DNA of 64,000 nt from a virus (IMGVR_UViG_3300034132_000017:934-64933); one strand, 5' to 3'; numbered from the stretch's first letter, positions 1-9,593 are shown. Made by a program: numbers and translations. Notes: generated from the letters alone by a model not told the origin.

Positions 1-117
1 AAACGTTTTCAGCAGTTGCAGGGCGAGAAAGAGCGCTGTGAATGGGATTTGGAAGCGCTCCGGAATGCTCTGAAATATCACGCTGTCGAGAATTCGATAG
101 AGCGGAAACGGGGCTGA
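1..117 (+). CDS. 3' end of an upstream CDS (partial)
   Basis: Open frame from base 1 (KRFQQLQGEKERCEWDLEAL...) to TGA at 115-117. Confidence 0.5.
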   Translation, partial: KRFQQLQGEKERCEWDLEALRNALKYHAVENSIERKRG

Positions 118-154
118 GGGAACTACAGGGCGTTCAACCCTTCTCCCTCAATCC

Positions 155-1582
155 ATGCCTAAGAAATCTGCCGCAGCTCGCACAGCTCACACGCTGAAAT
201 ACACTCCTGAAGTTGAATTGTGGTCAATCGATAGGGTTATCCCCTATGCACTGAACCATAAGAAGCACCCGCCAGAGCAAATCGCCAAACTCAAAAGCGG
301 AATCATTGAGTTTGGTTGGGACGTGCCGATCGTCGTGGATGAGAGCGGTGTGATCATCAAGGGCCATGGACGACGGCTCGCAGCCCTCGACCTGGGATTA
401 ACAGAAGTCCCGGTAATTGTGCGCTCTGATTTGAGCGAAGCGCAGAAGAAAGCGTGTCGCATTCATGACAATAAAAGCGCTGAATCTGACTATGATATCG
501 ATGCTCTGAAGGTTGAATTTGAAGCGTTAGCAGAGCTGAACTATGACCTTGATCTGACGGGTTTCGACAAGCTAGAAATCGGTGATTTTTTTCTGGATGG
601 TGAAGAGAATGACCATGCAGAAAAAAATGAGGAAGAGCAGTCTGGACCTGGTGGACCTGGTGAGGAAGATGAAGAAGAGGAAGCGCCACCAGAAAACCTC
701 GATACAATCGTCAGTCGGGTTAAACCTGGTGAAGTCTGGGAGGTTGCAGGGCATCGGGTGATGTGTGGTGACTGCCGAGATGCAGCACAAGTTAAGTTTC
801 TCCTGGGCAATGAGCCGATCAATCTGTCTGTCACCTCTCCCCCGTATGCCTCGCAGCGCAAATATGATGAGGAGTCAGGATTCAAGCCAATCAAGCCCAA
901 TGACTACTTGAGCTGGTATGAGCCAGTTCAAAGCATCATTAAGCAGCACTTAGCCCAAGACGGCTCCTACTTCCTGAACATCAAAGAGAGTGTTGAGGAC
1001 GGTTCCCGTCACCTGTACGTTAAAAAGCTGACGATCGCCCATGCTGAAGAGTGGAGCTGGCGATTTGTCGATGAGTTTGTCTGGAAGCGTCCAGGTGTCC
1101 CCGGCAAGTGGAAGGACAGATTTAAGAATGCCTGGGAACCTGTGTTTCATTTTGCTGTGTCAAGCGCGATTAAGTTTAACCCGCTGGCAGTTGCCCATCA
1201 CTCCACGGACCTGGTGGGAGATGGTGAAGCGCATGAGGCCAAGTCCAACGGAAAGTATTGGAACATGCCCAAGACTGAGAAGAAAGAGGGTTTGGCGCTT
1301 CCCGGCAACGTGCTAGAGATTGCAGCTTCTACAGGTGATGCAATGGGTCACTCTGCACCCTACCCAGTGAAGCTACCAGCATTTTTTATTCAGGCGTTCA
1401 GTGACGAGGGCGATCGCGTCTATGATCCGTTCCTGGGCAGTGGCACCACCTCTGTTGCAGCTCACAAGCACAAAAGAATAGGGCTGGGTATGGAACTCAG
1501 CCCTAAGCATTGCGAAATAATCCTACGTCGACTGGAAAAAGTAACTGAAACCACAGCTCAACTTGTAGATACCTACAAATAA
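155..1582 (+). CDS. ParB/Srx-domain fused N4/N6 DNA methyltransferase (beta class)
   Basis: N-terminal ParB-like motif (IVVDESGVIIKGHGRRLAA), acidic linker, catalytic SPPY before the SAM-binding DPFLGSGTT. Confidence 0.9.
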   Translation: MPKKSAAARTAHTLKYTPEVELWSIDRVIPYALNHKKHPPEQIAKLKSGIIEFGWDVPIVVDESGVIIKGHGRRLAALDLGLTEVPVIVRSDLSEAQKKACRIHDNKSAESDYDIDALKVEFEALAELNYDLDLTGFDKLEIGDFFLDGEENDHAEKNEEEQSGPGGPGEEDEEEEAPPENLDTIVSRVKPGEVWEVAGHRVMCGDCRDAAQVKFLLGNEPINLSVTSPPYASQRKYDEESGFKPIKPNDYLSWYEPVQSIIKQHLAQDGSYFLNIKESVEDGSRHLYVKKLTIAHAEEWSWRFVDEFVWKRPGVPGKWKDRFKNAWEPVFHFAVSSAIKFNPLAVAHHSTDLVGDGEAHEAKSNGKYWNMPKTEKKEGLALPGNVLEIAASTGDAMGHSAPYPVKLPAFFIQAFSDEGDRVYDPFLGSGTTSVAAHKHKRIGLGMELSPKHCEIILRRLEKVTETTAQLVDTYK

Positions 1583-1613
1583 GCTTGCCGAAAAAGTTCA
1601 AAACTTGTGCAAG

Positions 1614-1910
1614 TTATGAAACTTTTTGTTGTCGTTTGAGGAAGTCAGCAAGGATGCGCCGGAACAGTTCGGTTTTGTTCTCCCCTGTCTCACCCATGAT
1701 TCCTTCTAGCTGTTCCCCAATCTCATTGGGGACCCTGCCGCCGAATTGATAATCCTTGCGCTTCTCCTCTGGGAGCTGGCGGCTTGGGCGAGGCTTCCCA
1801 GGTCCACCGTTGAGGATAGCGCCCGTTTCAGGATCATAGTGTCGATAGCGGTCTTTTTTTCTGCGGCGGATGGCTGGTCTAGCCGCAGCCGCAGATTTTT
1901 TTTCTGTCAT
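1614..1910 (-). CDS. ribbon-helix-helix (CopG-like) DNA-binding protein
   Basis: Basic N-terminus; C-terminal beta-alpha-alpha pattern YQFGGRVPNEIGEQLEGIMGETGENKTELFRRILADFL. Confidence 0.6.
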   Translation of the reverse strand: MTEKKSAAAARPAIRRRKKDRYRHYDPETGAILNGGPGKPRPSRQLPEEKRKDYQFGGRVPNEIGEQLEGIMGETGENKTELFRRILADFLKRQQKVS

Positions 1911-1990
1911 GCGTCACCCCCTAGAGCTTAATCACAGGGTAGAGTCGTTTAGCTGTAAACGTCAATTGATTGAAAAGTCAAGACGCTATT

Positions 1991-2458
1991 CTACCTGTCT
2001 TTTAGCACTTCATAAGGAACTGTAGAAGTCAATCTTGAGTAGAGCGTTTCTAGTTTGGTTTCTACCTCTCCAAACGCTTCCCGCAAGTCGGCGTAGCACT
2101 CCCAAGACTCCTCATCTTTGAGGGAATCCATTGTTGTGAGCTGGTGTAACGGCTCTCTCAAGACATCTAGAAGAGTTTCAAACGTTTCAAGTTTCACCAG
2201 GTCATCTCGCGTAACTTCTACTGGCTCTCGCTTCTCTCCATAGTGTTCGCCAACAGAGCGAACTATAGACTTGAAAGCTACTTGCCAGAAGCAAAGCATC
2301 TTTACGAGTTCAGATGGGGTGTTTGTGGGTTTTCCAGACATCAGCAAATGGGTAATGAAATTGTTAGCGACATCGTTATCGAGGTATATTCCAGTCGCAT
2401 CGAACCACCAGCGCTCTACCTCATGGCGGGAAATTCTTTTTGTATGTTGCTCAGTCAT
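1991..2458 (-). CDS. hypothetical protein
   Basis: ORF; start moved to ATG 2458 (MTEQH), which follows GGAGG. Confidence 0.65.
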   Translation of the reverse strand: MTEQHTKRISRHEVERWWFDATGIYLDNDVANNFITHLLMSGKPTNTPSELVKMLCFWQVAFKSIVRSVGEHYGEKREPVEVTRDDLVKLETFETLLDVLREPLHQLTTMDSLKDEESWECYADLREAFGEVETKLETLYSRLTSTVPYEVLKDR

Positions 2459-2511
2459 TGTTAGAATCCTCCTTATTTTTATTGCAACGGGAACACACGG
2501 CATTCAGAAAC

Positions 2512-2916
2512 TTAGCTGTGAGCGGTTCGCAGTTCAATCACTGCAATCTCTTTACGCTCTATCAGTTTGTAGGTAGAGAACTCGCGTAGAAGTCGATTCA
2601 GCTCTATCTGTAAGCGCTTATAAGAGCGTTTACCTTGCTCTAAAGCATCTAACCGCTCTTTATGTGGTGACTGCGATAGAAGGATTTTTTTCTGTACCTC
2701 CCTCTGCTCGGCATTCTTGAAACTTGAATCAAAGTACACTTCGGCTTCTACCTCAGTCATAGACTGGGATACAGCTTGCTCTAACTGGTAAAGTGTTGCC
2801 GAATAGTCCAGAAGCTTAAGTTCTAATAACTCGATTTCTCTAGATGTGAACTGCAATGATTCGATTGTGGTGGGAGGCAGTGTAGCTCTCGTTTTGGTGC
2901 CGTTGGTAGCTCTCAT
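2512..2916 (-). CDS. coiled-coil hypothetical protein (cyanobacterial type)
   Basis: 134-aa helical ORF preceded by the shared leader core TCGATAATGTTT (2934-2945). Confidence 0.65.
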   Translation of the reverse strand: MRATNGTKTRATLPPTTIESLQFTSREIELLELKLLDYSATLYQLEQAVSQSMTEVEAEVYFDSSFKNAEQREVQKKILLSQSPHKERLDALEQGKRSYKRLQIELNRLLREFSTYKLIERKEIAVIELRTAHS

Positions 2917-2998
2917 TGTGTTAGCCTTGAATTTCGATAATGTTTAAACGTTGGGTAGGGGTGAACTCCCCTACCCGATTTTTTTCAGGACGGTTGGA

Positions 2999-4765
2999 TT
3001 ACTCTTCCAGCATGATTTTTCTGGCTTTGCCTTTGGGCGTGGCTTGCTTGCTGGGCGTGGTGACAGTTTCCACAGTAGACATATTCCGGGCGGCAGTCTT
3101 AGCCCATTCCCGGAGTGCCATCGTCTTATCTGCATTGCTGACACTTAAGGGCGTAACGTCAGCAATAGCGCTGATTAGATGAGCATCATTGATGGTGTCT
3201 AAGTCTTCATCAAAAGCGGCTAGCGCTGCCTCATCCACCACTGCCCGAATCTCAGCACCCACAAACCCATCCGTGAGGGAAGATAGGTAAGCTAATCTTT
3301 CCTCTGGCAAGGTCATCTGATGACGTTGCAGATGGACGGCAAAGATCGCCATCCGTTCGGCGGCGGTGGGCAGATCAGCGAACCAAATTTCATCAAAGCG
3401 CCCTTTCCGGGTGAATTCGGGGGGTAGTTTAGATATGTCGTTACTGGTACAAACCACAAACGCGGGGCATGTTTTGTCGTTGAGCCAGGTCAGGAAGTCA
3501 CCAAATAAGCGCTGAGTTACGCCACCATCACTAGACTCACCGCCAGCGCCAGCTAAACCTTTCTCTACCTCATCAATGAAGAGAACCACTGGACCTAAGC
3601 TTTCAACCAGTCGGGTAAACTCTCTGAATCTGGCTTCAGTTTCGCCAACGTGCTTGTTAAAAAATGAGCCTATATCCATCGCCAGTGTAGGAACCTTGAG
3701 TGTGGCTGCCAGGGCTTTAGCTGCCAGTGATTTACCTGTGCCGGGGTGACCAACCATCAAGCAACCTTTAGGAGCTGGCAGGTCTAACCTGCTGGCGCGA
3801 GAATTTTGGGTCAGCGTGGCTGAGAATAATTTTTTTCTGCGGTTCAGCCATGCTTTGAACTCTTGATATCCTCCCGGCATGACATCAGGCGCGGGTGAGA
3901 ACTTAACACCAAGTTTTTCAAGTTTGACCATTTTGGACTGAATGATCAAATCTGCGGTCTTAGCATCAACGCGGCGGCGTTCCCGCACGTCCAGCCGTAG
4001 GCAGTTTAGAAACTCAGTCTCGGTTAAACCTCTGCCAGCGGTGGCGATTTCTTCCCGGTGGCTTGCTTCTAAGTCAATCGTTAACGTTGCCCCTGCTAAC
4101 CTGAATTCCTGTGAAGTCTCACCAATGAAGGTGTTAAGGCATTCTGTGAGCCGAATAGGTGAGGGCAAACTATATCTGGCTTCATAAACCACGCCAGAGA
4201 ATCGATTATCAAATTTGACATCCTGACCCAGAAATAAGATCCGCTTGTAGCCCTGCTTTAGGCTATCTCCCATTTCTAGAATGAACTCCCGAATTACGGG
4301 TACTTCCTTTTGGCCACACACATACTCAGCCATGCCCCGCAAGATGAAGATTCCGGGCTTCTCGTAGCCTTGAATGAATTGGAGAATTTCAACGATTGCG
4401 GCTTTCTGGCATTTTACCGGGACTGGCTGATAGTCAATTCCTGAAACCGTTCTAACCTCTGCCTTAAGCTGTTCCAAGCCTGGCTCATAAGCGCTGCCAG
4501 CGTACCAATTGCCATCGTTATCCCGGCAGCTATCGCCATCGTAAAGAGTATCGCTTGCGGTTCTCAAAATAACTTCGGTGGCAGGGATTACCTGCCGCAA
4601 TAGTTGAGCCTCAGAAAAAACAAACACGGGCAAGTTTAATCTCATTCCAACTTCCCGGTAGACCTCCTCTGTTACGTTTGCCAGCTCTGCATTGCTGCAA
4701 TGCAACGCCACTACGGGCATGGCAGAACCGAAATAGGAGCGAACTTGTTTCATGGCTTCAGACAT
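2999..4765 (-). CDS. Ycf46-like AAA+ ATPase
   Basis: Walker A GHPGTGKS, Walker B LFIDE, SRH motif SNDISKLPPEFTRKGRFDE, degenerate N-terminal AAA module. Confidence 0.88.
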   Translation of the reverse strand: MSEAMKQVRSYFGSAMPVVALHCSNAELANVTEEVYREVGMRLNLPVFVFSEAQLLRQVIPATEVILRTASDTLYDGDSCRDNDGNWYAGSAYEPGLEQLKAEVRTVSGIDYQPVPVKCQKAAIVEILQFIQGYEKPGIFILRGMAEYVCGQKEVPVIREFILEMGDSLKQGYKRILFLGQDVKFDNRFSGVVYEARYSLPSPIRLTECLNTFIGETSQEFRLAGATLTIDLEASHREEIATAGRGLTETEFLNCLRLDVRERRRVDAKTADLIIQSKMVKLEKLGVKFSPAPDVMPGGYQEFKAWLNRRKKLFSATLTQNSRASRLDLPAPKGCLMVGHPGTGKSLAAKALAATLKVPTLAMDIGSFFNKHVGETEARFREFTRLVESLGPVVLFIDEVEKGLAGAGGESSDGGVTQRLFGDFLTWLNDKTCPAFVVCTSNDISKLPPEFTRKGRFDEIWFADLPTAAERMAIFAVHLQRHQMTLPEERLAYLSSLTDGFVGAEIRAVVDEAALAAFDEDLDTINDAHLISAIADVTPLSVSNADKTMALREWAKTAARNMSTVETVTTPSKQATPKGKARKIMLEE

Positions 4766-4771
4766 GGGGTG

Positions 4772-4840
4772 AACCTCGATAATGTTTGATAGAACTTGAT
4801 TCTAAGCATTAATCGTTTAATCGTCAACAGTTAAACGATT
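4772..4840 (-). promoter_or_regulatory. sigma70-type promoter with operator and shared leader (AAA gene)
   Basis: TTGACG (4822-4827)-17-TAGAAT (4799-4804); CGTTTA-N12-TAAACG straddles the -35; leader TCAAACATTATCGAGGTT. Confidence 0.8.
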
Positions 4841-4890
4841 AAAAGGTAAAAAGTGGGGCAGAGTGTTTATCCTCTGCCCTTTCAGCGTCT

Positions 4891-5088
4891 TTAGAAACTC
4901 TGGGTTAGAGTGTCTACTTGGGTGATAAAGACATCATTGGAGGTGTCTACTGTCATGGTTCGCTCCGGATCAGGATCACCTAGGGCATCCTCAAACGGCT
5001 TGGCAGCATCCAGACAGGATAAGCCCTCAGCATCCTCTACACGGTTGGTTACGTTGCCTTGAAGGTCAATAGAGAAGATTAGTTTCAT
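4891..5088 (-). CDS. DUF2997-like small protein
   Basis: 65 aa with pattern IFSIDLQGNVTNRVEDAEGLSCLDAAKPFEDALG; sits next to DUF1257-like and AAA genes. Confidence 0.7.
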   Translation of the reverse strand: MKLIFSIDLQGNVTNRVEDAEGLSCLDAAKPFEDALGDPDPERTMTVDTSNDVFITQVDTLTQSF

Positions 5089-5128
5089 GATTGTTTTGCC
5101 TCGTTTGTAGCGTGTATTTTTTCCGGGA

Positions 5129-5683
5129 TTAGTACTGACTGAGAAGTGAAGCCGAATTGTAGGTGTTGTTGATGCCCATATATTGCAAGTCTTGGGGCTG
5201 TACTTCTACTTGCCAGCCTACAAACTGCCCTTGCTCATTCAGCTTTTCGGTTACTGCGAAATCATGCCCCAGCTCTTCTGATTTCTGCAAAATAACGTGT
5301 TTAGCGTAAAGGTGATTGATGTTAGCTTCTAAGCGCTTCACAGGGTTATACATGCCATCTGCAACCATTGAATAGCTGCCATCCTCATTCAGTAGGAAGC
5401 CAATATCAACCCCGATAGTTAGATCGCGATAGGTTTCCAGCGCTTCCGGATTGTTCTGGTAGTATTGTTGCTGGCTCATACCCTCAATATCTGCCGGGGT
5501 AAATTGCTTTACAGTTTCCCGCTTGATCACAATATGAGCCTTACTGAATTTATTGCCCTGGTAGGTACTTCTCAGCCAGATAGGCTGATCATGGCATTCA
5601 ACGGTAAAGCCTAATTCCTGCAATGCTGCCACTAAAGCGCGGCGGTTGTTCATTTTGGTTTTGATGCTGGAAAAGTGAGACAT
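5129..5683 (-). CDS. DUF1257 (Ycf35-like) protein
   Basis: Characteristic start MSHFSSIKTKM..LVAALQELG and DIGF...GSYSMVAD. Confidence 0.8.
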   Translation of the reverse strand: MSHFSSIKTKMNNRRALVAALQELGFTVECHDQPIWLRSTYQGNKFSKAHIVIKRETVKQFTPADIEGMSQQQYYQNNPEALETYRDLTIGVDIGFLLNEDGSYSMVADGMYNPVKRLEANINHLYAKHVILQKSEELGHDFAVTEKLNEQGQFVGWQVEVQPQDLQYMGINNTYNSASLLSQY

Positions 5684-5730
5684 AGTAACCTCGATAATGT
5701 TTGAACTGTGCTTAACGTTTGAACTGTGAA

Positions 5731-7107
5731 CTATGCCGCATCCTCTAGGATGATTCCACTGCGGCGGGTGGAAACTTGGGAGCCAGAATTATTTCCTGTG
5801 GCGGGTTCTGACTCATTCAAAATCATGGCAGCATTGCTCACTGTGGGAGATTCAGGAGTATTAACAGGCTCTTCCTCTGCCAGAATCATCCACTTGGCTA
5901 TCGCCCTATGACCTTTAACAGAGCTACGGGAAAGCACTTCCCCTAATTCATCTCTCATGGCATCCCGTAATTTATTTATTCGGGCTTGCAATTTTTCCTT
6001 GCTGACTGAGGAAGTAGACAGTACCTTAAGCTGGCGGGTCACTTCTGCGAACCGTTGCAGAAGTGGATCGGGGTGTTCCCCGTTCACTTGCACACTGTTC
6101 AGAGTATCAAGGCAAGTCTGTAGCTCCCTCATACGGGCTTCAAAGTAGCCCTTAGTGCGATTATTCATATCTGCCGGATCGATAGTTTCCATCCGTTCCA
6201 AGATTTGAGCCATAAAGGTAAACCCGTCATCTTTGGCGCGTTCTATGCCCTCAGCAAAAGACTCTTGAATACTCTTAATCCAATATTGCTCTAACTCCCT
6301 TACAGCGCTTTCTTGACGTTGCTGGGCTTCCCTTTCAGCGTTCAGTACTGAATTCTCGATTTCTTGCTGCATACGGTAATAATCAGCGCGGGATTCTCGC
6401 TCCAATTGCTCTGCCATCTCAGCCGATCTAGTTGCTTCCTCTACTAGGGAAGGAATTCGGATCGGACCCTCCAAAATGACTCCAAACACGTCCCGAATCT
6501 TGTCAGGACTGGGGAAGTTTTCGTCATACTTGGCAAGCAGATAGGAAATTTTTTCTTCAGGCAGGTTGGCACCCCGTAAGATTCGCTCAAACCGCTCTAA
6601 AAAACTTCTATGAGCATCGTCGTAAAGGTCTAAAGCTTGCTGCCGTAGCTTTTCACACATTGGGAACAGCCCGTCATCTTCCCCGGTTGGGTCTTCCTTA
6701 AGCAGGTCATCTCTAAGCGCTGGCATATTGTCTTTACACACATACCAATAAGGACGGGCATAGCGTAAATATTTTTTCTGGATAGCTGCCCGTTTGCTGC
6801 TTAGTTTGGTCCCTGCTTTCTTCAGTTCTGGAAACACAGGGACGCTGATAGTAAAGCGCCCATCAGACTCTTTAACCACCTTGCCTAACTCTGGATTCAT
6901 CTCTAGATCGTCAGAGCAATCTAGAACCAGGTTGCCAGTGGCAGTGTAGACACTCACCCCAAATAGAAAAACTTCCTCTGTCCTTATTGCCTCAATATTG
7001 CGGTGTGCTGTGACTGTGTTAGAAAAATTTTCGGCTACTTGCTCTGACGAATTGGCGCGGGTGGATCGCTGGGCAACTAACCCGCTAATTGTGTCCTTAG
7101 TACTCAT
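5731..7107 (-). CDS. helical hypothetical protein (possibly DUF3150-like)
   Basis: 458-aa ORF with coiled coil, own promoter and shared leader; family guess comes from context only. Confidence 0.6.
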   Translation of the reverse strand: MSTKDTISGLVAQRSTRANSSEQVAENFSNTVTAHRNIEAIRTEEVFLFGVSVYTATGNLVLDCSDDLEMNPELGKVVKESDGRFTISVPVFPELKKAGTKLSSKRAAIQKKYLRYARPYWYVCKDNMPALRDDLLKEDPTGEDDGLFPMCEKLRQQALDLYDDAHRSFLERFERILRGANLPEEKISYLLAKYDENFPSPDKIRDVFGVILEGPIRIPSLVEEATRSAEMAEQLERESRADYYRMQQEIENSVLNAEREAQQRQESAVRELEQYWIKSIQESFAEGIERAKDDGFTFMAQILERMETIDPADMNNRTKGYFEARMRELQTCLDTLNSVQVNGEHPDPLLQRFAEVTRQLKVLSTSSVSKEKLQARINKLRDAMRDELGEVLSRSSVKGHRAIAKWMILAEEEPVNTPESPTVSNAAMILNESEPATGNNSGSQVSTRRSGIILEDAA

Positions 7108-7113
7108 GGCTTA

Positions 7114-7189
7114 AACCTCGATAATGTTTGAATTGACCTTCATAATAAGCAAGTATCGTTTAGATGTCAACATATAAACGATACTTGCT
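7114..7189 (-). promoter_or_regulatory. sigma70 promoter inside a perfect 15-bp inverted repeat, plus shared leader
   Basis: TTGACA (7165-7170)-17-TATTAT (7142-7147); AGCAAGTATCGTTTA-N12-TAAACGATACTTGCT. Confidence 0.8.
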
Positions 7190-7196
7190 GGATGCC

Positions 7197-8291
7197 CTAT
7201 GCTTTGGCAACTGCACGGGCTTTATTTTCAATCGCTGCCATTCCAATTTTTGCAGGATTGCTGCCAGCAATCTTGTAGATGGCAGCCCAAGAGATTTTTT
7301 TGCTGTCATACAATCCCTTGATCACATCAGACTTGGAATAAATTTCAGCGTATGCCCGATAAGCGCGGGTAACATACTCTTTAGTTTTGCCAAACTTCGC
7401 CATGGTTGCTTCTAAGCCATCTGCCTCAAACGTTTGGCACAATTCGATAGTTTGCTGGAAGGTATCGCCCTTGAAGACATTAACCCTGACTGGTGCCATG
7501 CCAGTAGCGGCAGTCTTAGACTTAGAGGATTTTTTCAGCGTTCTAAGCTCTTCCTGCAATGCTGCAATCTGGGCTTGAATTTCGGCAATTCTTTTTTCTG
7601 ACTGAACTTTGCCGAAACTGTTATCCTCTGCCGACTCTACCAGTGAGAGGATTTTTTCTTCAGTGATGTTCTTAGGCATTGCCGGGAAGTTAATTTTTCC
7701 CTCAATCACCTCATTATCAGAAGTGATTTTGAGCCATTGTTGATAGGTGACTGCATTGTGACAATTGAAGAGATAATCGCCTAATTGGGCTACTACATCG
7801 CCTTTTGGAGCATCAATAATTTCTACCTTGTAGATTGGCTTGCCCTGGGCGGTCTTAACCTCTAATACCTCGCGCTTAATCGTCAGCTCAGAATCATCTA
7901 GATCAGCGCCAGCAGTTGTATAGACTGTGAACACGCTTTCAGAGCTGGCATCCTCTGGGGTTAATTCTTGCTCTAATGGTTGTTCTGTAACTTCCTCTGG
8001 TTGCTCTGTTGGTTGTTCTGTAACTTCCTCTGCAACGGGGGCGGGAATTTCAACGGCTGTAACTTCTGATTTCCTAGAATTGCCGCCCTTTCTAGACCTG
8101 GTTGGTTTTGCTGCTTGCTCTTCCTCTGGTTGCTCTGCAACTTCCTCTGGTTGCTTAGATTGAGCTTCTAAAATGCCGTCAATAATTGCAATGTTTTTGC
8201 AAACTGCTGGAAAGGTTAAACACAACTCAGAAGCAATAGCCTTCAATTCCTTCTGCTTTTTGACTTCTAATTCTGCAATTGTGTAAGACAT
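7197..8291 (-). CDS. Rho-N-like (HeH) domain, acidic repeat linker and C-terminal ParB-type HTH protein
   Basis: N-term ELEVKKQKELKAIASEL..IIDGILEAQ; EEVTEQP repeats; C-term FGKTKEYVTRAYRAY...LYDSKKISWAAIYKIA. Confidence 0.55.
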   Translation of the reverse strand: MSYTIAELEVKKQKELKAIASELCLTFPAVCKNIAIIDGILEAQSKQPEEVAEQPEEEQAAKPTRSRKGGNSRKSEVTAVEIPAPVAEEVTEQPTEQPEEVTEQPLEQELTPEDASSESVFTVYTTAGADLDDSELTIKREVLEVKTAQGKPIYKVEIIDAPKGDVVAQLGDYLFNCHNAVTYQQWLKITSDNEVIEGKINFPAMPKNITEEKILSLVESAEDNSFGKVQSEKRIAEIQAQIAALQEELRTLKKSSKSKTAATGMAPVRVNVFKGDTFQQTIELCQTFEADGLEATMAKFGKTKEYVTRAYRAYAEIYSKSDVIKGLYDSKKISWAAIYKIAGSNPAKIGMAAIENKARAVAKA

Positions 8292-8358
8292 CTGACTTGC
8301 TCCAATTCGGTGTGGTGTAGGATTCGCTTGAAAGCGGTTGAATCGCCCTCATGACAAC

Positions 8359-8398
8359 AGTATGCGCCACTTTCAGTTTAAGTGTCAACATATAAACG
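8359..8398 (-). promoter_or_regulatory. sigma70 promoter with operator
   Basis: TTGACA (8383-8388)-18-CATACT (8359-8364); AGTTTA-N12-TAAACG. Confidence 0.7.
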
Positions 8399-8862
8399 AA
8401 ACAAGCTTGAAGGCTTGCCGCCGCAGAATTTCAAGCAATTTAGGGTAGAAATCGCCCAAAATTCACCCATCGGCATTGCCTATAGGTTTCCTGTCTAAAG
8501 CTGGTTTTGCTCCAAGTTTTCCTAATGGGAGTGAGTAAAACTGGGCATTTACGGGCAATTACCCGACAATTGCCCTGCAAAATTGCGATCGCTCTAATCC
8601 CGACAATTGGGACCCCAACATTCCCGAAACTGGCGTATAGAGGGAGTTTTAAGGATTGCTGGCGCGATAGCTTACCAGACTAGCCAGAATCGCTCCTGAG
8701 ACGTTTAAGAGCTGAGACGTAGAAACATAGCAGCAATCCTCTGGCGCTTGCCCTGGTCGATTCTGGTGTGAGCTGATAGCGCGATCGCTCTGTCTGTTGA
8801 TGTTTAGTTGCAGATAGCAGCAAAACCAGCTCTGGCAGCGATTCTAGCTAGTTTCGATCTAT

Positions 8863-8928
8863 CGTCTATATGTTGACACTTAAACGATTAGTGCTTAGAA
8901 TCAAGTTCTATCAAACATTATCGAGGTT
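8863..8928 (+). promoter_or_regulatory. sigma70 promoter with operator and shared leader
   Basis: TTGACA (8873-8878)-17-TAGAAT (8896-8901); about 58 bp nearly identical to the reverse complement of 4772-4829. Confidence 0.82.
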
Positions 8929-8933
8929 TTGAG

Positions 8934-9101
8934 ATGGCAAGGAAAAAACAAGTAGAACCGGCTGAACTGCTGGCAGCTATTCCCCAGGTATTTACTAAGC
9001 AATGGTCAAAAGCAGAAGTGAAGCAATTAAGAGCAAGTTTTAGAGCGATCGGGTTTCCAGGATGGTGGGCAGATCTAATGATTGCAGTTCTCAAGAAATA
9101 G
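8934..9101 (+). CDS. 55-aa small protein (not in the ORF track)
   Basis: MARKKQVEPAELLAAIPQVFTKQWSKAEVKQLRASFRAIGFPGWWADLMIAVLKK, directly behind a near-consensus promoter and the shared leader. Confidence 0.75.
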   Translation: MARKKQVEPAELLAAIPQVFTKQWSKAEVKQLRASFRAIGFPGWWADLMIAVLKK

Positions 9102-9593
9102 GAAAATTGCAAAACTAATTAAGCCCAAAACTTCCTAGAGTTTTGGGCTTGTTTTATGCCTAATGGTTGGGCTACCAACTAATGAAACTGTCTGATAGTC
9201 GGCATTCCAACAGTTAGGGTGCGATCTATCGCGCTGGCACTGCTGGCACATTGCAGGATGAGCCAGGTATCAAAATTGGGCATTGTTGGGACAAAAACAA
9301 CCAACCAGACAACCCAAAATCGACTCTGGCAGGCGATTAGAGGTGTATGAGCGTTCATACTGGCGATCGCCCTATCGTGTCATGGTGACGATTTCGCTCC
9401 AAACGCTCTCCCGGTCTAGCTTGTAGCTGCCAAGTGGGAATGTGCCACTTTCTAAGGATTGCATGGTGTAACCCTTACTGTGAGCCATTTACAGCCACTA
9501 ACACAAACTAGAGCGATCGCCAAGTAATAGGGCATAAACTGACAATCCCCAAAACTTGAGTGAGTTTTGGGGATAAAGGATAAAGGATGAAGG

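Noticed and set aside
7978-8155. Tandem repeats as a diversity-generating element
   Set aside because: In-frame EEVTEQP linker repeats; no reverse transcriptase or template/variable repeat pair seen
9160-9540. Second intron or ncRNA in this non-coding stretch
   Set aside because: No P/Q/R/S set or convincing fold identified by eye
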